DNA of 64,000 bases from the human T2T-CHM13v2.0 reference genome, Homo sapiens: NCBI RefSeq assembly GCF_009914755.1, contig NC_060936.1; one strand, 5' to 3'. Each line of letters begins with the position of its first letter. Position 1 is the stretch's first letter. Under the pieces are notes generated by a model. It saw nothing but the letters and a program-made list of their open reading frames with translations, made no database searches and was not told where the DNA came from. Shown here one piece after another: positions 49,281 through 64,000 of this stretch. The position numbers and the translations under genes were made by a program.

Positions 49281-50857
49281 GAGGACGACAGAGGGCGCGT
49301 GCTTCTTGCCGCAGCACACAGCTCGAGACCTTCCATGGCTGCACCCACAGGCTCGGACCCTGCCCACCTTTCCCACCTCCGTCTGCTCCCCAAGAAAGAC
49401 CGCAAGGGGCCACACAATCGGTCTCTGTTCCCCCAGCCCGGAAGGCCAACCCCACCCCCGCCCAAGCCACTTGGCTGATGCCCACTCATTCCGTCTGGTC
49501 AGTTTACAGGCTGCTTTCTTCTGGAAGCCCCTACTGCCCACCTGCACTGGGTTCAGGGCCCCTCTGGGAGATCCTGTTAGAGCGCTCATGATGGTAATCA
49601 TCTGTTCCTTCCCTTTGAGACGGGGCACAGGAGGGCACTCACCACAGGTGTCTTGTGCACCACTGCACCTCTCTACGAGCCAGCCTGGCATGCAGAATGC
49701 ACTCAACAAACCAGAGCCACCCCAGGGAGGATGGGATAGTAACCTTTAGGTCCCTGACTACTCAGATCTTCCCTAGATGGGCTCCAAATGCTCCCTTCCC
49801 TGGGACTCACAGAAGAGAGAGACAGTAGGTGGACAGAGAGCTGGGCTAGTAGCTAAGCCAGGAAAATGGGACAGCCACAGCCCCTGCCCTCTGGTTCCCA
49901 GCCCCAGAGCCTCCTGCAGACCCATGATCTACGGGGGAGCCCTAAGCTAGCTGCTGAGGACACTGTCCACAGAGGTCCCCTGTCCACCTGGGACCTGTAG
50001 TGGGAGGGACCAGGATGGGAGAGCTTTTCTTGTCTGTGGCATCTTTCTGGAGAGCCTGGGGTGGCTGAGAAATGGTGAAGTCCCTGTCAGGGAGACACGT
50101 GGTCACCCTGGAAACCAGCTGACCTAACGGCATCTAACGCCTAAAGCCCCTTTTCAGCTAACTGAACACCCTTTGGTCCAGAGTCCCACCCTCTTCATTT
50201 CAGTGACTTGTCATACTTGAATCCCCAAACAAAACCCCATACTTTTGGGAGCACACAGACCCAGAAGAGCTGTTACTATTCATACACTCCAATGGAGAAG
50301 AAGGTCCACATCACAGGGACCCCCTCTCACAACACACACAACTCCCTGCACCCTAGGGGCTTCCTAGAAACTTCCAACTGCATAGGAAGAAAAACAGCCC
50401 CCCTTTCTCCTCAAATACAGCCTCGCCACCATCAACTTTCTTCTCCAGTGCAGTGGTCCCTGTAGAAAGCCCGCAGCCTCACGTGCCACCCACTTTGCTG
50501 TCAACACCTAAGCAGACCCCTCCCTCCGATTCACCTTCCCACAGCATTCAAGGAGCTTCCAGGCCCCCATCAGCCCGAGTGGCCCCTCAGGAAGCACTGG
50601 AGCTCTGGGCCTCTACCCTGCTCAACCTGCTGTGAACCCCAAAGAGGAAAGGGAGGTGCTCCCCGGCTCTACCACCCTCATCTCCCACTGGTCTTCCCCA
50701 GCTGCTCAGGACCCTCAGTCATGCCTGCCCTCTGCTCTGGGGCAGCCCAGCAGAAGGCCTTGTCACAGGGAGGGCAAGCCCTGGACTGCAGGGCCACCCA
50801 CAGGCAAGCTGGCCACCACCAGTCACCTGGGTAAAGGGACCATCCAAAGCAGCAAAG

Positions 50858-51147
50858 GGCGCCAGGAACGGTGGCTCACGCCTATAAGCCCAGCATGCTG
50901 GGGTCTGAGGTGGGAGGATCACTTGAGGTCAGGAGTTCAACATCAGCCTGGGCAACATAGTGAGACCTACAAAAAATTTTTAAAATTAGCCAGGTGTAGT
51001 GGTGTGCACCTGCAGACCCAGCTACTCAGGAGGCTGAGGTGGGAGGATTGCTTGAGCCCAGGAATTTGAGGTGGCAGTGAGCTGTGATCATCCACTGTAC
51101 TCCAGCCTAGGAGACAGAGCAAGACCCTGTCTCAAAAAACAAAAAAG
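50858..51147 (+). mobile_element. AluJ-like element
   Basis: Alu consensus match. Confidence 0.85.
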
Positions 51148-52678
51148 GAAGAAATCCATCCTTACAATGAGGGCCGGATGCCCCCAACATACTCGCATAG
51201 TCCCACTGCGATTAGCACCTTTCGGGGGCCAAGTCCACCACACACTACACACATCCATCCGAGTCACGTCTGGCTGCCCACGTGAGAAGTAAAACGAGAT
51301 CAGTTTTCAGAGCTTCCTGGATTTGAGAATGGCACAGAGCAGACTGTGAACCTGAAGCTGAGCAGCCAACAGAGCAGCCAAGGCCAGGCAGGCAGCGCTA
51401 AGGACCGAGATGACGGCCATGCCGCGTGAGGGCAGGGATTCCCTGAGCACCCCCATCTGCGGGCACCGTGGCCATCACTTTACTGATGATATTACCTAAC
51501 TTTCCCAATAACAGCACTGCAGAGGATGCCTTCCTGAAGCCAGTAATTTGCCTGTGGTCATGGAACCAGCATGATGCGTGGACTCCGGTGCTGTGCACTG
51601 AACACACTAAACCACAGCAAATGCATGTGCGAAGTGCAGCGAGGGGCCCACAGACCCACTGGGATGGCCACATGCTCCTGGAAGGGCTTCCCAGCTAGTG
51701 CCACGATGCCTCAGTGCGAAGGGTGCCAACAAGAGGTGCAGAGAAGCACGGCTACTTCCAGAGAAGCGGAAATCCAAAAACGTTTCTCCCTGTCATCACA
51801 GCCTACAATAGCACTTTCTGATTCTACCCCTCCAAACGACAGGTGCCCTGTTACCAGCTCACTCTTCAAATACCTGGAACACAGGCAATGCTATGGGCGG
51901 CGTCTAAGGCCTCCAGTCAGGTGTGAAGTGGCCAGCGTGTGGGCCACCTCCCAGGACAAAACCAGATCCCCGGAGCTGGAGAGTCTAAAGACGAGCTTCT
52001 CTGGTAAAAAACTGAAAAAATTCCAGGAGTTCAAAGGAACGCCAGGTATCAATAGCCACTGAGTGCCTCTGGCCTCCCTGCCCCGAGGACAGTGTCTGGG
52101 CAAGTAAAAACGTTGGGCCAATCCAGTCTGAGTCTCGAAGCTCCTATGTCACTGCAAAACAAGCCCATTTGCCTGCACCAACCAAAGCACCTTCTCATCC
52201 AGCCTATGGAAAACAACCTGCCTGGACCTCAACAGCAGTTGAGACATCTGGGAAAATCACAGAGCACATACCAGACAACATCCTGAAAGAAGAGGTGTGA
52301 GAAGCTGCAGTCTCTCGAGACCTTGATGAGGCCCTGTCTAGCCGCTGCCAAATCAGGCCAGGAAGGTTTCTGCTGCCGGCAGTGGCCCCCGCCTGGCTCA
52401 TCAAGAGTTGGTTCAACAACAGAGCAACGCAGGATCCTAATGAAGCCCACTGAAAAACCCACAGGTAAGACAGACCTCGGAGGCCTCCATTAAAAAGTCC
52501 AACTGGGACTCTGAAGACCCAACCAGGAAACGTGATGGCAGAATACAGAAAACAGTGACACAAAAAGGGACAAATGGAATAAAAAGGAAGGTGAGTCTGC
52601 CAGAGCTCTCTCCTTTCAGCACACAGCTTTCTCTGTCCTGATATCTTTTGGGTGCTACCCAAAGTTTCAAACGCCAAT

Positions 52679-56315
<3,637 letters not shown>

Positions 56316-56319
56316 TCTG

Positions 56320-57450
56320 TATCAATAATCTATGAGGAAGGAATTACTATTATCTCCATCTACAAGTGAGGAAACTGAGACATGGCACAGTTAAGTCATC
56401 CGCCCGATGTCATACTATCAATGAATGAGAAAGCTGAGATACAGACCCAGGCAGTGGCTCTAAAGCCTGGACCCTGGCATGCTAACCCAGAAGAGATGCC
56501 TCATATCATGGATAAGGGAGGCTGGAAAAAGCGCCCCAGAACATAGGAGGTGGTGACTAAGGTGGGTCTTAGAGGGAGAACAGGACCCTGCGTGCCAGGG
56601 GTGGGAGTGGGGTTACGAAGTGGATATTCTAGGCAGAAGGAAGAACAAGAGAGAGATGTGAAACTGCGTGACACATTCAAGGAACTGCAAATAGCTCGAC
56701 ACAGCTGCTGGAAAACAGCTCTGAAGTGGCTGGAGCCTCATCCTGCAGGGCCTCATCTACCACAGTAGGGAACTGGACCCATCACAGTAAGTTAAAGGCT
56801 TCACAACATGACTGTATTCTGGCAACAGTGAGGGGAGTGGATATTTTTGGGGCAGTGGGCAAGACAAAAGACAGGGAGATCAGCTGAAGATGATGAAGGC
56901 AGGAGCAGAAGGAATGGAAGGAATGAAGAGGAGGGGATGATTCAGGAGATGCTCTAGAAGCAGACCCAGTTTTAGAAGACCCGGTGATTGGCTGAACATG
57001 GGGTATGCAAGCAGACTTCTGGAGGACTTTGAGGTTTCCGACTTGAGCAACAGAAGAACAAGGGGGCTCGGGAGAGGGGAAGAAACAAGGACTGCTGTGG
57101 GCATGCGGAATCCAAGGGGCCCATGGGACAGCCAAGGAAGGTGTTGCCCAGCAAGCAGGTGGAACCAGAGCTAAGGTACACACCTGGGAACCGACACTGC
57201 ATAGGTGCTCAAACTAGTTAAGTCCGTGAGGATGTCCAGGGGGAATGGAAGAGTGAAAAGAGAACTCCAACAGTCCCTTCAAGACTGAAAACATTCAACC
57301 GGCAGGTGAGGAAAACCAACCTGCTGAGAAATGGCCAGAAAGGCCAGACAAGCAGTAGGAGGCTGTGGCATCACAAGAGCCAGGCAAGTTTCAAGAAGGG
57401 AGCAGTTACAAGTTTCAACTGTCAAGAGAAGTGAGAAAAACAGTAAAATG
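56320..57450. mobile_element. MIR fragment (~56320-56480) followed by degenerate L2-like sequence
   Basis: MIR core tacaagtgaggaaactgagacatggcacagttaagtcatc; L2-like purine-rich tract downstream. Confidence 0.5.
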
Positions 57451-57913
57451 TAGCTATATGTTTTTACAATTAAGACAGTCCCAAGTTTTCTGCCAAAGTA
57501 CTCCAAATAACATTACACGGACAGCCCCACAAGGGAAGGCCACAGGCCCCCCGATTTCTTTGTGCATGCTAATGTTGTACTGTATCGCACGACACAGCTG
57601 TATTTATCTCAGTATTATTCCTGTCCTCAAATCTGCAAGCATAATGGACAGCCCAGGAAAAGCTGGATTTTACCAGAGTGTTGCAGGCCCCTTAACACAC
57701 GCCTGTAGACTCCAGGCTCTGGGTTTTTTAATATAGAGAGAGTAAGGAGCAAGAGACTAAAAACACAAGAACTACCAGAAAGCCCAGGGGATGGGAGGAC
57801 CTCTGAAGAATCTGAGGAAAGCTAAAGACCTCTTCCTCCAAAAATGTATATAGGCACAAAGTAACAAAACTTTTGCATACATTTTCAAGAAGGATCAGAG
57901 GCCCCTGTCTTAA

Positions 57914-61079
<3,166 letters not shown>

Positions 61080-62582
61080 TGACCAAATTTAAAAAACAAA
61101 CAAAAATCAGCTAACAGGAACCCCAATCCTGAAACACCAAAGCTCAGTGGAGACATCAAAGCCCAGCTGACACAGAATACTGACATCCTACGAATGAATG
61201 ACCAAATGCCCCAGAAATGGCAAACTGTCGCAGGATTAAGTAGACTCCAAACTGAAATGAAAATGTTCAAAGCAGGAATTGAAGTGTGATCTATGGAACA
61301 AGACTTTGAGAGCCATTCACACGTAGGGCTACTGACTTAATAAAAGTTCAAGCCAAAAGCACTTGAATCGTCCCTGGGTTAATCCAATCCGAAAGAGCCG
61401 TGAGATTCCTAACACCTCAAAACGCACACGTGCCTGAAAATTCTCCAACAAAGCTGAGAAAATAAAAATCAACTGCCTGTTAGGTAAAACCACTTAATAC
61501 TACGTATAATACGATTTAAGCGCAGCCTATAGAGCACTTCCTCAATTGCACCTAATGATGAAAAAAAAAAAAAGTTACCACATTTTGGCTGGGTCATTCC
61601 ACAACACCTTTATCCCACCAGGATTATAAATAAGCGTTTTATGCACCCAAGTCCGTCCAATGCCACATGCTAACTCAATCCATCCCATTCTTAATTCCTC
61701 GGACAGGTCTACCTGGCCTGCGTCCTGTTCCAAGTATTATTTTGCAGATTATACTTCGTAAAACCTCAACTTTTTTCGCCTTCTTCCTAAACACGAACCT
61801 TCCCGGAGTAAATTCACGCCGTAAACACACCCAGGGCTTTGTTTTACACACAGATTTCTCCCCCTGGTCCCGAGAGAGGTTGCTTTTCCTTCTGAATCCA
61901 CCGAGGCCAACTCCTGCCATCTGGGGTCGCGGCTTCCTCCGCCGCCGCCGCCGCTGCCGCCGTGCGGATTCGCCCGGGTTCCGGGTGGCCCGCGCCGGCC
62001 CGCGGCTCGCACCCCTTCCTGTCTCCGTCTGCCCACGGCGGGCGGCGGGCGCGCGGCGCCCAGACAAAAGCTCGGGCCGTCGGGCCCACGGGCCCCGGGA
62101 GCGCTCCAGCCCCGAAGCCGAGGGTCCTGGCACAACTTTGCGAACGCAGAGGCAGGAGGTGCCGGCGCCCGCGGGGTCCGGGTGCTCCCGGGGCAGCCGG
62201 CACGCGCGTGGGCCGCGGGCGAGGGCGCCGGGGGAGGGCGCGGCGCGCCCCGCGGCCGCCGGCAACTTGCCCCGGGCCGTGGCCGGCGCCCGGCAGGCCC
62301 GCCCGACGGCGAGGCCCGGCGGCCCACATTGTCCCCGCGGTGCCCGATGGCCCCCAGTGCGCTCGCTCGGCCGCACACGCCCCCTGCCCGGGCCGGCTGC
62401 GGGCCTGCCGCGCTCCTCTACGCCCCGCTCGGGCCCGGCCCCGGCCGCCCCGCCGGCAGCGGCAGCAAAACTTTCTCCTCATCGCGGCGGCGGCGGCGTC
62501 GCGGCCGCCCTCGGCGCGTCAGACAGGCGGTCGGGAGGTCGTGCGGCGGGTCCCTCCCTCAGCCCCACCCCGGGCCGCCGAC

Positions 62583-62636
62583 CTGGTCCGGCTCCGATTC
62601 ATAGTCGTCGTCCTCGGCGCTCACGGACATGGCCAT
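62583..62636 (-). CDS. KDM2B: First coding exon of the KDM2B short form (MAMSVSAEDDDYESEPDQ); gives a 776-aa protein lacking JmjC
   Basis: Strong Kozak GCCATGG, donor CAG|gtcggc, phase 0 joining the CXXC exon. The 12 exons sum to 2331 nt. A JmjC-less short form from an intronic promoter is established for KDM2B. Confidence 0.88.
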
Positions 62637-62725
62637 GGCTCATGGTGGGCCCAGGCTCGCGCGCGCTGACATGGCTGGAGCGGCGCCGCCGCCGCCGCCC
62701 GCCCGGAGCAGGCTCGGCTCGCCCT

Positions 62726-62754
62726 GGCTCGGGCTCGGGCTCGGGCTCGGGCTC
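62726..62754. repeat. (GGGCTC)~5 hexamer repeat in the probable short-form 5' leader
   Basis: ggctc followed by gggctc x4, read directly. Confidence 0.85.
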
Positions 62755-62844
62755 CCGCTGCCGCGAGGAGGGAGCCGCGCCGCGCGCCTCGCACGCCCGC
62801 GCTGGAGGGGGCGGGGAGGGGCCGGCGGGGGAGGGCCGGGGCGC

Positions 62845-62858
62845 CATGCATATGCATG
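62845..62858. promoter_or_regulatory. Perfect palindrome CATGCATATGCATG containing the POU homodimer MORE element
   Basis: Exact ATGCATATGCAT at 62846-62857 in otherwise GC-rich DNA; binding is inferred. Confidence 0.55.
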
Positions 62859-64000
62859 AGGCGAGCCAGGAAGGGGCTGGCCCCCCGGGCGGGCGGGCCA
62901 ATGGCGCGGCCGCGGCGCTGGGGCCGCACACAAAGGGAGCCCGGCCTGCGGTGACACGGGGGCGGGCCGCCGAGGGCGGTCCCTCGCGGCCGGAGCGCGG
63001 GGACTGGGGCTGCGTGGGGGCGTGCCCCGCGCCCCGCCCGGCCCGGCCTGGCCCGCGCGCCGCGGGATGCACATGGGTGGCTGCACGCCGCCACCGCTGC
63101 AACAGGAAATGCGCGCCCGGCCTGGGGTGGGGTCCTTTGTGTGGTCCCGTGGGGCGTCTCGCGGAAGCCCGGGGGCGCCCGGGCCGTGGGGGACGACTCT
63201 GCACCCGACGCCAGGAGCGGGTCCCCAGGTCCCTTGCAGCAGGCACACGGGCTGCCGGGTTTGCACTCGCTGCAGGACCAGGACCTGAAGCGCACGAACC
63301 CGGGAACCCCCGACCCAGAGCCTGCAGGACCGCTGGCCTGGATAAGCTCTGAGAGCCCAGTCTCCCCCGACGCGGGCGGTTGGGCTGGGCCGGCCTCCTG
63401 GCGCTGCACCTCCGGCACTCGGGTTCGCCTTTGCAGGGTCAAGTAGTGCAGGCGGGAGTTCCACTCGAGTCGCCTGACGGGGGCTGTCAGAACGCCCTGA
63501 CTCTACCCTGAGGTGGGCGCCCCCTCCCTTGGACAGGTACCGCCTTCTGAGTTGACCTCCGAAAGGTGGAGGACGTCGCAGGCCAGAACCCAGCTCTCCT
63601 AGGAGACTGGCTGCCCCTTAGGCTGGCTGGGGAGGTGTGGGTTTCTGAATTCTTAAGCTGCAAAGGTTCCTAGTGCTCACTCCAGCTGCAGCCCACTCCT
63701 GAAGAAAAGTGTTGCTAGAAATCCAGATAGATCTTCATTCATTCAAAAAAAAAGTCTATCGGGCACTTAAGCCAGCAGCCTCTCTGAAAGAGCTCATGAC
63801 CATGAGCTAGAACGACCAAAGCTGTTATAAGCATCAAAACCAAAGCTAAACACAAGCTAAGGAGGACTTGGCATACATATCATCCACCTGTCCAAGGTAA
63901 CACTAAATATGCACACCTGTACCTGTTCAGTTTCTCCATCTATACAAGGGGAAGGATTTACCAAGGGATGGATAACCTTCTGTAAAAAGATCAGAGGCTT

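Larger units (their letters stand above)
61900..63480 (-). promoter_or_regulatory. KDM2B: Intragenic CpG island; alternative promoter of KDM2B short form
   Basis: Very high GC and CpG density, no interspersed repeats, GC boxes, CCAAT at ~62898, and the first exon with a splice donor inside it. Confidence 0.9.

Noticed and set aside
61667-63464. 561-aa ORF and many overlapping long ORFs on both strands
   Set aside because: CpG-island artefact: stop codons are rare at this GC content, and the products are low-complexity Arg/Pro/Gly/Ala with no recognisable domain.

Overview
This is primate, almost certainly human, Alu-dense genomic DNA containing two convergent genes that I recognise from their translated exons (the RNF34-KDM2B locus, 12q24.31 from recall). 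On the + strand, RNF34 (CARP1, a FYVE/SAP/RING E3 ligase) has five coding exons from 11592 to 19009 and a poly(A) signal at 19761; its first exon is not seen and probably lies upstream of the window. On the - strand lies the 3' half of KDM2B (FBXL10: CXXC, PHD, F-box, LRR). An intragenic CpG-island promoter (~61900-63480) and first exon (MAMSVSAEDDDYESEPDQ) complete a 776-aa JmjC-less short isoform across 12 coding exons, all with GT-AG boundaries and consistent phases. The mirtron MIR7107 sits in a 177-nt KDM2B intron. The remainder is Alu, L1, L2/MIR, Tigger, Charlie, MADE, MER and MLT debris plus two minisatellites. I see no prokaryote-type or wholly new gene system. The best leads are regulatory hypotheses: (1) a four-AUG uORF cassette at the short-form start, (2) a perfect POU-dimer MORE palindrome in its promoter, (3) one intron that is at once a mirtron, stop-free and 3n in length, and ends in a TG/AG tandem acceptor, (4) a hidden intron in the last KDM2B exon that swaps the C-terminus, and (5) a predicted Alu-flanked RNF34 circle with a stop-free ORF. 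Repeat family names and boundaries were assigned by eye and are approximate.
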